Assembly (NCBI GenBank): GCA_964412585.1
Contig: CAYPPJ010000001.1
Span: forward strand, 84,151-148,150
DNA from: an uncultured Candidatus Saccharibacteria bacterium
GTDB lineage: Bacteria > Patescibacteriota > Minisyncoccia > Phycocordibacterales > PALSA-1337
Reading direction: 5' to 3'
Length of the DNA stretch: 64,000 nucleotides
The notes below the pieces were generated by a model. The model was not told the origin of the DNA and did not search any database. It saw nothing but the letters and a program-made list of their open reading frames with translations. How positions within the stretch are numbered: position 1 is the stretch's first letter; every line of letters begins with the position of its first letter. The position numbers and the translations under genes were made by a program. Positions 38,643 to 48,376 of the stretch are shown here, piece after piece.

Positions 38643-40092
38643 ACAAAAGGTGTTAAATACATTTGAGGGAAATACCGCTGTCCTTGATTTTCTCAATCCT
38701 GATAATGCTCCGTACGTTCCGCTGGTTGAAATTCCTGATCATGTAAATCCATATCGCAAAGATGGTATACGGGTGTTCGCGAAGCTCATGAACGCATTAC
38801 CACTCGCCAATATAAAATCACTACCGGCATATAATATGCTCGCGGAAAAAAAGAAGAACGGTAACCTTGAAGGTATTGATACAATTATTGAAAATTCTTC
38901 CGGAAATACTGTTTTTTCTCTAGCAGTAATTGCCAAATTAATGGGAATACACCACACAAAAGGTATATGCTCACATCAGGTGAGTATCGGAAAACTAAAT
39001 CTACTGCGATTTCTCGGCACTGAAGTCATTGTGAATGAAGAACCTATCTGTCCCGATCCGAATGACCCGACAAGTGGAATCTACAAGGCAAAACTGTGGT
39101 CCAAGGAAAATGGCTGGTTTAACCCTGGACAATATGACAATGAAGCAAATCCTGAAGCTCACTATAAATGGACTGGGCCACAAATCTGGGAGCAGACGGG
39201 AGGCAAAGTATCACTTGTTAGTATTGGTCTTGGCACAACTGGATCAGTTGTCGGTATTGGAACATATCTCAAGGAAAAGAATCCGGGCGTTGAAATAGTC
39301 GGCGTATCCCGTATCGCCAATAACCCTGTCCCTGGAGTACGGACACACAACCTGCTTCAGGAAATCGCTTTTGACTGGAAATCTATACTAGACCATCAGG
39401 AAGAAGTTGGTACATCCGAGTCATTCAAGATGTCGATGGAGTTATGCCGTTCGGGACTTTTTGTTGGACCGAGCTCGGGCTTTGCCTTGGTTGGATTATT
39501 CAATCACCTTTCAAAACAAAAACGTACGAACGAAGAAAAGATTGCGGTATTTGTTTGCCCTGATAGTCCATTTCCGTACATTGATGAATATTTTCAATAC
39601 CTTGACCCTTCCGCATTTCCAAAAATTGAAAATGAGCATCTGCTTAGGGAAAAAAATCATACGCCAGTATCACACAGTCCTACCGTTAAAGAATACCCTC
39701 CCGAACACGTTTTCAATCTTGTATTTGAAGGTACTCCCGAACACATTTGGAAAAAAATAAAACGCAAAGAAAGCATACATCTCATAAAAGGTTATAATAT
39801 CATCGACATTCGCAACGAAGGTGAATATGAAGATCATCATATACCAGAATCAATCCATGTCCCCTTTCATAGCCTTGATGACTATCTCAAGAAAAACAAA
39901 AAGAAACTCACAAAAAATAAGGCGGTAATATTTGTTTGCAGACATGGCAATACGAGCCGTCTGGCCGCCTACAAAGCTGAGCAGGTAGGTATTGCTTCAA
40001 TGAGTCTCAAGGGTGGTGATGCTGAGTGGAGTCGACTTAATCTGCCAAGAATTAGATCGGAAAAATGTATTACCAGATTCGACCTGCAATAG
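38623..40092 (+). CDS. PLP-dependent cysteine synthase-family enzyme fused to a C-terminal rhodanese
   Basis: NIKSLPA (PLP Lys), SSGNT, GLGTTGS and GPSSG; then IIDIRNEGEYEDHHIPES, VCRHGNTS and LKGG. Confidence 0.88.
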   Translation: MKMKTSEQKVLNTFEGNTAVLDFLNPDNAPYVPLVEIPDHVNPYRKDGIRVFAKLMNALPLANIKSLPAYNMLAEKKKNGNLEGIDTIIENSSGNTVFSLAVIAKLMGIHHTKGICSHQVSIGKLNLLRFLGTEVIVNEEPICPDPNDPTSGIYKAKLWSKENGWFNPGQYDNEANPEAHYKWTGPQIWEQTGGKVSLVSIGLGTTGSVVGIGTYLKEKNPGVEIVGVSRIANNPVPGVRTHNLLQEIAFDWKSILDHQEEVGTSESFKMSMELCRSGLFVGPSSGFALVGLFNHLSKQKRTNEEKIAVFVCPDSPFPYIDEYFQYLDPSAFPKIENEHLLREKNHTPVSHSPTVKEYPPEHVFNLVFEGTPEHIWKKIKRKESIHLIKGYNIIDIRNEGEYEDHHIPESIHVPFHSLDDYLKKNKKKLTKNKAVIFVCRHGNTSRLAAYKAEQVGIASMSLKGGDAEWSRLNLPRIRSEKCITRFDLQ

Positions 40093-40203
40093 ATTTTTCC
40101 TCATCTATGGTTGACTTCATCCGTAAAATGTGCTACTATACCAGTCGTAATAATTTTGTTTTTTGGCAGTTAAACCTATCACCCACAACGAAAGGATGGA
40201 GCC

Positions 40204-40638
40204 GTGGAATTCAAATCAACATACAAACGTCCCTGTCTCGCAACTTCCCCCACAGGGAAATCGGGTGTCATCATTCTGATAAGTGGCATCTCGACTGCTG
40301 AGTTTCAAAGCCAGGAAAAAGGCAGAGAGATTCTCAAGGAACTCGTCGCGGGAGACCTGGTCTCTGCGCACGACGGAGAACGCATTGAGGACCACCTGAA
40401 TGCTTCGGATCTGCCGGCAACCGAGCAGAAAGAAGATCCCCGTGGCTTATCTTCTTCCATACTCCTACTTGCAGTGTTGGGAGCAATTCTCGAACACCAC
40501 TCCACAGGATCGGACGTGCACTCGCATAAGTGTCCGAAATGTGGTACCACCTGGGACCACGACGGTTCAAAGTTGGATGGTCGCGATGCGGCACACAAAT
40601 GCCCGAAATGCGGTCACGAGCAGTGGGAGAGGGTTTGA
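40204..40638 (+). CDS. Hypothetical protein with C-terminal zinc ribbon
   Basis: HKCPKCG occurs twice; GTG start after GGAG; own promoter and terminator. Confidence 0.6.
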   Translation: MEFKSTYKRPCLATSPTGKSGVIILISGISTAEFQSQEKGREILKELVAGDLVSAHDGERIEDHLNASDLPATEQKEDPRGLSSSILLLAVLGAILEHHSTGSDVHSHKCPKCGTTWDHDGSKLDGRDAAHKCPKCGHEQWERV

Positions 40639-40783
40639 TAAGGGATCAAGAAGTACACCCGCTCGCGATAGTTCCAATGAAGGACTCGCCGTAGCGGGTT
40701 TTTCATTTGCATAAATATTGACAAATCTTTTTAAATATGCTTTCATGTGGTAAACAGTTCGGTGAAACCCCAAATAACATTCT

Positions 40784-41476
40784 ATGAGAAAACGACTATT
40801 CCGTTGGCTCCCAAGCCAGCTCCCCCTTAAGGAGCGAATCAAGAAGGTGTGGGAGATGCTTTTCAAATGCGGCTTATTGATTGTCTTTCCCCTCTTCCCA
40901 GCGGCCGGAAGTGCTGCCATTTGGTACTACGCGATATTCCAAAAGCATCGCCATTTCGATGAGCACATGGAAAACATCATTAGCTCAGCGTGGATACCCA
41001 CGTTCGGCGTGTTGTATTCCCTGCTGGCTGCTGTAGTGTTCACATCTGTGTGGAACGAGTATAAGACAATCCGGGCCGTCGTCAAACGGTACGACCTAGA
41101 AACCTTTCTCGATCTACGTGACGAGGAGATGTCACCGTTGGTATACGCGATGATGACAGTCTTCTCACTCGCCATACTCACCGGATTCATGTCACTCAAG
41201 TATCCGTCGGCGCTTGGTGGCATCCTCATCACGTCGAGCACTGCGTATCTGCTGAGTCTCATTTTCTTCGTGATTGTAGAAATTGATGACCCATGTGGGG
41301 GCATTTGGTTCATTCAGAACATACACGATGAATGGCTGAAAATAGACGTCAAAAAATGGCGACGGAAGCGTCACGAGAAGGAACGTCGAAAGTTTGAGGG
41401 AGAACTCTGCGAACATAACGGCAGGGTTACCCTCACCGGAACCGTGGAGAATGGGGTGACGGCACCTCGCTTCTGA
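40784..41476 (+). CDS. DUF4239/bestrophin-like membrane protein
   Basis: [20 protein letters not shown] and [10 protein letters not shown] motifs. Confidence 0.65.
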   Translation: MRKRLFRWLPSQLPLKERIKKVWEMLFKCGLLIVFPLFPAAGSAAIWYYAIFQKHRHFDEHMENIISSAWIPTFGVLYSLLAAVVFTSVWNEYKTIRAVVKRYDLETFLDLRDEEMSPLVYAMMTVFSLAILTGFMSLKYPSALGGILITSSTAYLLSLIFFVIVEIDDPCGGIWFIQNIHDEWLKIDVKKWRRKRHEKERRKFEGELCEHNGRVTLTGTVENGVTAPRF

Positions 41477-41571
41477 AACTACATTCCCGACCACCCGCCC
41501 TTGGCAACAAGGGCGGGTTTTTGTATCGAGACATATCTTTCTTACGTAAATACAAGTGCTATACTGTACCT

Positions 41572-41895
41572 ATGAACCACGACAACATAACTACAGCCTT
41601 TGAGCTCTCAGGCAAGAAGATTACAAAAAATTTAGGTGTGGTACGAGGCATCATCGTACGATCACGATCTATTATTGGTAGTATCGGTGGCTCTATCCAA
41701 ACCATTTTTGGTGGCAATATTACCCTCTTTTCAGAGCTCTGTGAAAAGACGCGTGAAGATGCCTACGAACTCATGGTAAAACACGCTCAAGAAAAAGGCG
41801 CCAATGCCATCATCGGCGTTCGCTATGATGCGACTGAACTTATGCAAGGTGTGACCGAAGTTTTGTGTTACGGAACAGCGGTTGTTGTTGAATAG
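41572..41895 (+). CDS. YbjQ/UPF0145 family protein
   Basis: [11 protein letters not shown] and EVLCYGTAV motifs. Confidence 0.93.
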   Translation: MNHDNITTAFELSGKKITKNLGVVRGIIVRSRSIIGSIGGSIQTIFGGNITLFSELCEKTREDAYELMVKHAQEKGANAIIGVRYDATELMQGVTEVLCYGTAVVVE

Positions 41896-41896
41896 G

Positions 41897-42970
41897 TCAA
41901 TTCACCTTCTCCAAGTGCATAGTGGCCACGAAGTCTCCTGGAAGTACTTGTGTAGCCATCGCCGCAATACCTTTGTTTGAGGTAATGCCACGAATACACG
42001 AGCGCACATCCTTTTGCGGACCATCACCCTTATCCTTGCACTGATTTATGAGACCAAGAATATCGTAACCAAATGCAGCTCCAAAGTTTGGTTCTTTACC
42101 AAATTTCGATACATACTTTTGTCGAAAAGCCGCAGATTCTGGGCTATCAAGTGAAAAATCATAGGAGGTTGAATAGAATGGTATGCCTTTGACTTGCTCA
42201 CGATTGCCCGCGTCAGCAAATACCGCACTGGTCTCGACGAGAGGCATAGTCAGACCAAGTCGAGCATAGGTCTTCACTATACCTACTGCTTCACCAGGAG
42301 TCGCCGGAACAATAAGGAGAACGTCAGCACCTGACGCTTTGACTTTTGAAAGATGCGTAGAAAAATCAGTCTCTGCAGGTTTGAAGGACTCCATAAAGAC
42401 TATCTCCTTGGCATACTGAGCGCTCAAGGCTCTAATTTCATCTTTTACTGATCCACCTAACTCATCATTACGATAGAGGACAGCAATCTTCCGTGCGTTT
42501 TGTACCGGTGACATCGAACTGGTAAATGATGGGCCGGCATAGTGGGCCGGGTCGGTATAGTAACGAATTGTGTAGTCATTGACGATGACCGAGGAGCTGG
42601 CTGCGACCAGTGTCACCAGCAATGGAATTTTCTTTTCAAGTGCCACCTTGGAAAGTGGGACACTTACCGCTGATATCTCAGAGAGCATCAGATTGACGCC
42701 CTGCTCCTGAAGACGATTGAAAGCAGAAACTCCGTCAGCCGGGGCACCTTTGGTATCCTCATAGAGAATTTTGATGCCAGGCGTCTCTGCCAATGCAAGT
42801 TCCATGCCATTCTTAACCGTCTCACCCCAGAGTGCTGCGGGGCCAGTGAGTGGTAAGGCAGCGCCAACTACAAAGTCAGCGTTAGTCGCCGGAGGAGTAC
42901 TCGGCGCATTGAAAATTGCAATCAGTACAATGATAATGACAATAACGACTGCTGTAATTATTTTTTTCAT
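41897..42970 (-). CDS. Branched-chain amino acid-type ABC substrate-binding protein (no permease adjacent)
   Basis: VGAALPLTGPAALWG, DFSTHLSKVKAS and AAFGYD motifs. Confidence 0.88.
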   Translation of the reverse strand: MKKIITAVVIVIIIVLIAIFNAPSTPPATNADFVVGAALPLTGPAALWGETVKNGMELALAETPGIKILYEDTKGAPADGVSAFNRLQEQGVNLMLSEISAVSVPLSKVALEKKIPLLVTLVAASSSVIVNDYTIRYYTDPAHYAGPSFTSSMSPVQNARKIAVLYRNDELGGSVKDEIRALSAQYAKEIVFMESFKPAETDFSTHLSKVKASGADVLLIVPATPGEAVGIVKTYARLGLTMPLVETSAVFADAGNREQVKGIPFYSTSYDFSLDSPESAAFRQKYVSKFGKEPNFGAAFGYDILGLINQCKDKGDGPQKDVRSCIRGITSNKGIAAMATQVLPGDFVATMHLEKVN

Positions 42971-43008
42971 GATAGGAAAATGGTACCACTTGAGGTACCA
43001 TTTGCCAA

Positions 43009-43131
43009 CTACTTCTTTTCATCTTTACCACCCTTGTCTCCTTTGCCTCCCTTCTTATCGTCCTTTTTCTTGTGAGAACTGCCGTAGAATAAAATAACAA
43101 GCACAACAATTATTATAACTACTGTTTCCAT
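43009..43131 (-). CDS. Micro-protein (40 aa): TM plus Lys/Asp/Gly-rich tail
   Basis: Manual translation METVVIIIVVLVILFYGSSHKKKDDKKGGKGDKGGKDEKK; TATACT 6 nt upstream of the ATG; hairpin at 42978-43003 downstream. Confidence 0.6.
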   Translation of the reverse strand: METVVIIIVVLVILFYGSSHKKKDDKKGGKGDKGGKDEKK

Positions 43132-43230
43132 GGTATTAGTATACCCTAAAACAGTAGACCCATGAAGTTATGCACATATAGATTGTCTCAAATAAACACA
43201 TAAATATAGTACAATATACTCATACACGCC

Positions 43231-43581
43231 ATGCAATCCCCGAAACCGTATCGCGAAGAGCGACCTTGGGGGGAGTTTGTTGAGTTTACTCACAACACCC
43301 CTTCAACAGTCAAAATTATAACCGTTAATGCTGGTCAAGAATTTAGCCTGCAAACACATCACAAAAGAGATGAATTTTGGCACGTGATCTCAGGTGACGG
43401 AACAATGATTATTGGGGACAAAACTATTCCCATCAAAAAGGGTGACAATGATTTTATCCCAAAAGAAACTCAGCATCGTATTACTGCAGGCACCTCAAAC
43501 GTGGTCGTACTTGAGGTTTCATTTGGAGATTTTGATGAACACGATATAACTCGGCTCGAGGATAAGTATGGTAGATCTTAA
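43231..43581 (+). CDS. Cupin, type II phosphomannose isomerase C-terminal-like
   Basis: RPWG, SLQTHHKRDEFW and DITRLEDKYGR motifs. Confidence 0.9.
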   Translation: MQSPKPYREERPWGEFVEFTHNTPSTVKIITVNAGQEFSLQTHHKRDEFWHVISGDGTMIIGDKTIPIKKGDNDFIPKETQHRITAGTSNVVVLEVSFGDFDEHDITRLEDKYGRS

Positions 43582-43614
43582 CCAATACCGCTGCATTTGC
43601 ACCGCAGCATTTCA

Positions 43615-44754
43615 ATGAACGTAACACCCGACTACTCCCCCTTTGTCATAGCATTCTTTTCATTGGCGATTGCCGTTGCCATCGGAGTAACCTGGTATCT
43701 TTTTTATACATGGAAACGTGGTAGTTCAAAAAAACAGCGTACTGACCACAAAGTACAGCGACACCACGCAAACCCTGTCATGTCCCCACGCCCACACCAA
43801 GAGTGGGAGGCCAACGGCACATTCAATCCTGCCGCCGTCGAAGATGATGCGGGACGAGTCCACCTCCTCTATCGTGCTATTGGCGCCGACGGACTTTCAC
43901 ATATCGGGCACGCATCAAGTCCTGATGGCGTAACTTTTGATCGCCGTTCATCATTTCCGGTATATCAACCAGATATCGAAGAAAAAAGACCCGGGGACTC
44001 AAAGCCAACAGGTCCAACAGAGTATAATCCGACACTCTATTACTCAGGTGGTGGCTGGGGTGGTCATGAAGATCCACGAGCAGTACAGATCGATGGCCGA
44101 GTGTATATGACCTATACCGCTTTTCAAGGATGGGATTCAGTTCGTATTGCGCTTACTTCGATCGATCTTAAGGATCTGAAAAAAGAACGCTGGAATTGGA
44201 AAAAACCGAAACTCATTTCTCCGCCAGGCGAAGTGCACAAGAACTGGGTTCTCTTTCCTGAAAAAATTAACGGAAAATTTGCCATTTTACATGCTGTGTC
44301 ACCACAAATCCTGATCGACTATGTCGATAATATTGACGATCCCCACCCCTTGAAACATATCAAGAGTAAACCACCAAAAGGTGGCCGAGAGGGGCATTGG
44401 GACAACTGGATGCGCGGCGCAGGAGCTCCACCACTACGGACTGATCTCGGCTGGCTTCTTCTCTATCATGCCATGGACAAGCGTGATCCCAATAAATACA
44501 AGCTCGGCGTCATGATCCTTGATATCAATGATCCGACTCGTGTCCTCTATCGCTCCCCTGGCCCCGTTCTTTCACCAGAGGCATGTTATGAAAATGATGG
44601 TAAACCTGGTGTCGTGTACGCATCTGGAGCACTTATTCGTGATGGCCAACTGCATGTATATTATGGTGGCGGCGACAAACATGTATGTGTCGCAAAAACT
44701 CCACTCAAAGGGCTTCTTGATTGGATGGTCACGTACGGTACGCATACAAGCTAG
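43615..44754 (+). CDS. GH130 glycoside phosphorylase/hydrolase with N-terminal TM
   Basis: FNPAA, EDPRA, KNWVLFPEKING, GWLLLYH and YYGGGD motifs. Confidence 0.88.
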   Translation: MNVTPDYSPFVIAFFSLAIAVAIGVTWYLFYTWKRGSSKKQRTDHKVQRHHANPVMSPRPHQEWEANGTFNPAAVEDDAGRVHLLYRAIGADGLSHIGHASSPDGVTFDRRSSFPVYQPDIEEKRPGDSKPTGPTEYNPTLYYSGGGWGGHEDPRAVQIDGRVYMTYTAFQGWDSVRIALTSIDLKDLKKERWNWKKPKLISPPGEVHKNWVLFPEKINGKFAILHAVSPQILIDYVDNIDDPHPLKHIKSKPPKGGREGHWDNWMRGAGAPPLRTDLGWLLLYHAMDKRDPNKYKLGVMILDINDPTRVLYRSPGPVLSPEACYENDGKPGVVYASGALIRDGQLHVYYGGGDKHVCVAKTPLKGLLDWMVTYGTHTS

Positions 44755-44782
44755 CCACCTGCGCATGATATAATCACTCTAT

Positions 44783-46669
44783 ATGTTCACCGTCACCCGC
44801 TCCGAACACAACCCTATTCTTTCACCGTTGCGTGAACATTCCTGGGAAGCCGCCGCAGCATTCAATGGCTCACCTGTTGTACAGGGCCGTCGTACAACGT
44901 TGGTATATCGAGCAATGTCAGAACCAGAACTTCTCAAAGAACCTCATATACGAATGTCAGTTATTGCCCGCGCCGATTCAAAGGATGGAGTCAACTATGA
45001 AAATCGCTCAGTGCTCATTTCCCCTGATACAGACTTTGACCGTTATGGATGCGAGGATCCGCGTGTCACCAAAATAGGAAAAACATACTATATTTTTTAT
45101 ACCGGACTTGGCGGATACCCTTTTTCTGCTGACAACATCAAAGTATGTGTCGCGCTGAGTACTGATCTCAAGACAATAACTGAAAAACATGTGGTTACGC
45201 CATTCAACGCAAAGGCTATGGCGCTTTTTCCGGAAAAGATAAACGGCAAGCTGGCGGCACTTGTCACAGTCAACACGGATCGAAAACCTTCAGACATTTG
45301 CTACATTGAATTCAACACACCTGAGGACATATGGTCAGAGGATTATTGGAATGAATGGTATAAAAATCTTGATGCGCACAAACTAAAGATTCGTCGTAAG
45401 GACGATGATCATATTGAGCTTGGCGCCGTGCCCATAAAAACTGAAAAAGGTTGGTTGTTTGTCTATTCTCATATTCAGCGCTATGACAAACCTGACCACG
45501 TCTTTGGTATTGAAACTATTTTGCTTGATCTCAATACCCCCCAAGAAATTATTGCTGGAACAAAAGGACCATTCATGGTTCCTGAGGCGTACTATGAACA
45601 TGTTGGCCAAGTCCCCCATGCCATATTCCCTTCCGGAGCACTTATTCGCGGCGAACGATTGGAAATATACTATGGTGCCGCTGACTCACATTGTTCCGTC
45701 GCGACAATACCAGTCGACGCTCTGCTTGATGGCCTGCTCAATATAGACAAAGAACATTCTCCACTCAAACGCTTCAAAGGAAACCCGATTATTACACCCC
45801 GACCCGGAGTCCTCTGGGAAAGTCGTGGCACACTCAATCCGGCCGCGATCGATATTGGAAACAAAACCCATATTTTGTATCGCGCTGTTTCGGCTGATAA
45901 CGTTTCCACGATCGGTTACGCCAGTACAAGCGATGGCTTTACTATAGAAGAGCGCTCAAACAAGCCCATATACAAGCCGCGCATCAGTTTTGAATCAAAA
46001 GGCTGTGAAGATCCACGCATCATGCTTATTGAAAATCGCATCTATATGACCTATACCGCCTATGATGGAGGACTGCCGCGCGTCGCAGTAACATCTATCT
46101 CTAGTGAAGATTTTCTCAAGAAAAAATGGAGTGCATGGACACAGCCAGAAATTATTTCTCCGATGAACGTAGACAACAAAGACGCCGCTATCTTACCCGA
46201 GGCCACCAATGGAAAATACTTGGTATTTCATCGTGTACATGAAAATATATGTGGCGATTTGCTCAATTCTCTCGATTTTTCAAAAGAAAAAATATCTCGT
46301 TGTATTGATATTCTTGCTCCACGCAAAGGCATGTGGGATGGCATGAAAGTTGGTATCTCAACACCACCTGTGCGCACTACCAAGGGTTGGCTGATGCTCT
46401 ATCATGGAGTCTCCTGGAGTTCTATCTATCGTGTCGGCGCAGTGCTGCTTGATTTCAAGGATCCAACATTAGTATTGGCCCGTACTGCCATTCCATTTTT
46501 TGAGCCGGAAGAATCGTATGAACTGAACGGGATCGTCAACAACGTGGTCTTCCCGTGCGGCATGGTTATTCGTGGTGGAGTCGTATACATCTATTATGGT
46601 GGCGCTGATCTCGTAGTTGGTGTAGCTACAATCAAGCTTGAGGCCCTTATGGAAATGCTCAATAAATGA
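44783..46669 (+). CDS. Tandem double-domain GH130 glycoside phosphorylase
   Basis: Two copies of NPI(L/I)xP...GCEDPR...YYG(A/G)AD. Confidence 0.9.
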   Translation: MFTVTRSEHNPILSPLREHSWEAAAAFNGSPVVQGRRTTLVYRAMSEPELLKEPHIRMSVIARADSKDGVNYENRSVLISPDTDFDRYGCEDPRVTKIGKTYYIFYTGLGGYPFSADNIKVCVALSTDLKTITEKHVVTPFNAKAMALFPEKINGKLAALVTVNTDRKPSDICYIEFNTPEDIWSEDYWNEWYKNLDAHKLKIRRKDDDHIELGAVPIKTEKGWLFVYSHIQRYDKPDHVFGIETILLDLNTPQEIIAGTKGPFMVPEAYYEHVGQVPHAIFPSGALIRGERLEIYYGAADSHCSVATIPVDALLDGLLNIDKEHSPLKRFKGNPIITPRPGVLWESRGTLNPAAIDIGNKTHILYRAVSADNVSTIGYASTSDGFTIEERSNKPIYKPRISFESKGCEDPRIMLIENRIYMTYTAYDGGLPRVAVTSISSEDFLKKKWSAWTQPEIISPMNVDNKDAAILPEATNGKYLVFHRVHENICGDLLNSLDFSKEKISRCIDILAPRKGMWDGMKVGISTPPVRTTKGWLMLYHGVSWSSIYRVGAVLLDFKDPTLVLARTAIPFFEPEESYELNGIVNNVVFPCGMVIRGGVVYIYYGGADLVVGVATIKLEALMEMLNK

Positions 46670-47421
46670 CCTCTGTATTTTCAAAACAGCTCATCATGTT
46701 TGATCTTGATGGCACACTTGGGAAAAGCAAGTGCGCTCTCGATCCTGAGATGGAACAGCTTCTGCAAAAACTTATCACCATAAAAAAGGTGGCTATTATT
46801 TCTGGTGGAGGCTACCCGCAATTTCAGACCCAAGTGCTGAATGCTTTTCCTCGCGATGAGCATTTTACCAATCTATTTCTGTTACCCACCTCCGGTACTC
46901 GGCTGTATTCATGGCGCGGAACATGGAACGAACAATACGCGGAGCACCTTTCCCCTCGCGAAAAGGAAAAAGTCATGGTTTCGCTCAATATGGCACTCAA
47001 GCAAGCCGGCCATATCCAACCAGCAAAGACATATGGTCCGATTATTGAAGATCGGGGATCACAAATCACTTTCTCCGCCCTCGGACAGCAGGCTCCCGTT
47101 GAAGAAAAAGCTGTATGGGATCCTACTCGAGAAAAACGCGAAGCAATCGTCTCTTTTTTACAACCTCGAATACCTGAATTTGATGTTCGTATTGGCGGAA
47201 GCACGTCCATAGATATTACCAAGAAGGGTGTCAATAAAGCCTACGGTATCCGCAAGCTTGAGGAATTTTTACATCTGACTCCCGATGATATTATATTTGT
47301 TGGTGATACTCTGTTTCCCGGCGGCAACGACTACCCCGCAAAGGCAACGGGTGTTGACTGTATTCCTGTCAAAAATCCCGAGGATACAAAAAAACTGATC
47401 AGTGGATGGCTCAACGAGTAA
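46666..47421 (+). CDS. HAD-IIB phosphomannomutase-like enzyme
   Basis: FDLDGTL, IEDRGSQITFS, GGSTSIDI and GDTLFPGGNDY (eukaryote-type PMM signature). Confidence 0.88.
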   Translation: MTSVFSKQLIMFDLDGTLGKSKCALDPEMEQLLQKLITIKKVAIISGGGYPQFQTQVLNAFPRDEHFTNLFLLPTSGTRLYSWRGTWNEQYAEHLSPREKEKVMVSLNMALKQAGHIQPAKTYGPIIEDRGSQITFSALGQQAPVEEKAVWDPTREKREAIVSFLQPRIPEFDVRIGGSTSIDITKKGVNKAYGIRKLEEFLHLTPDDIIFVGDTLFPGGNDYPAKATGVDCIPVKNPEDTKKLISGWLNE

Positions 47422-48352
47422 CTTTCTTTTCGAATTCTCTGATGAGGATTCGCGTGTCATTTTCGCGCGCCCCAAACGAGCTACCAAGAATGATGAACAC
47501 AATCTGTTGACCATTGATGTCGAGAATAGTCATCATCGTTTCTCCGGCCAACGTCGTACGCCCGGTCTTGCCACCAATAAATCGCGGATCATTCACAAAC
47601 GGATGTGTACTCGTAACCAGGTGACCACCATGCTCAGTAGTCGTCGCGAGTGTCATCTCGGGCGTTCTGGTGATAGTCAAGATATCTGGGCGATAATTGA
47701 CGAGGTATTTCGCCAGTTCAAATAGATCTTTTGCTGACGCGGCGTTTTGTGGACTCACGCCAGAAGGGTCGGCAAAGAAACTTGAGGGCATGCCAACCTC
47801 CCAGGCATAACTACTCATCATTTCCATAAAGCGGGCACGATTTCCTTTTGAGAGTGAGATCGCTTCGGCTGCAACATTAGAAGAACTCAAGAGAAGCGGG
47901 TGGAGTATTTCTTCCAGTGAATAGCTTTCATTGGCCTGCAGATTGCTGGTGTCGGGTGGTGCAGATAATGTACTCGAAGCAATACGTATAGTGGTTGTCG
48001 GCCCCATCATGTCAGTCGCCACGAACGCCGTCACTAGTTTTGACATCGAGGCAACTGGCAGTGATTTGCTACTATTACGCTCTACATAAATAGTTCCCGT
48101 TTTAATATCTCCAACAAGATATGCGTGCGCAGTGAGTCCAGGTATAGGATTGATCGGTTTTTTTGTTGTCTGCACACCATCGGTTTCGAGAAATGCGGGA
48201 TCGAGGGCCGAAGCCGAGTCACTGTCTGTATCCATATCAATACCGATGCCACTCTGAGGTGCAGGAGTCTTGCCTATTTGAGTCGCGGCAGTTATGCCAA
48301 CGAGTGCCAAACAGATGCACATAAGAAGTATGAGACGTCCTTTGGTTTGCAT
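47411..48352 (-). CDS. D-alanyl-D-alanine carboxypeptidase (peptidase S11)
   Basis: ASMSK (SxxK), SSN and GGKTG motifs. Confidence 0.88.
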   Translation of the reverse strand: MQTKGRLILLMCICLALVGITAATQIGKTPAPQSGIGIDMDTDSDSASALDPAFLETDGVQTTKKPINPIPGLTAHAYLVGDIKTGTIYVERNSSKSLPVASMSKLVTAFVATDMMGPTTTIRIASSTLSAPPDTSNLQANESYSLEEILHPLLLSSSNVAAEAISLSKGNRARFMEMMSSYAWEVGMPSSFFADPSGVSPQNAASAKDLFELAKYLVNYRPDILTITRTPEMTLATTTEHGGHLVTSTHPFVNDPRFIGGKTGRTTLAGETMMTILDINGQQIVFIILGSSFGARENDTRILIREFEKKVTR

Positions 48353-48376
48353 CCTCTATATGGTATCACGGTAGCA

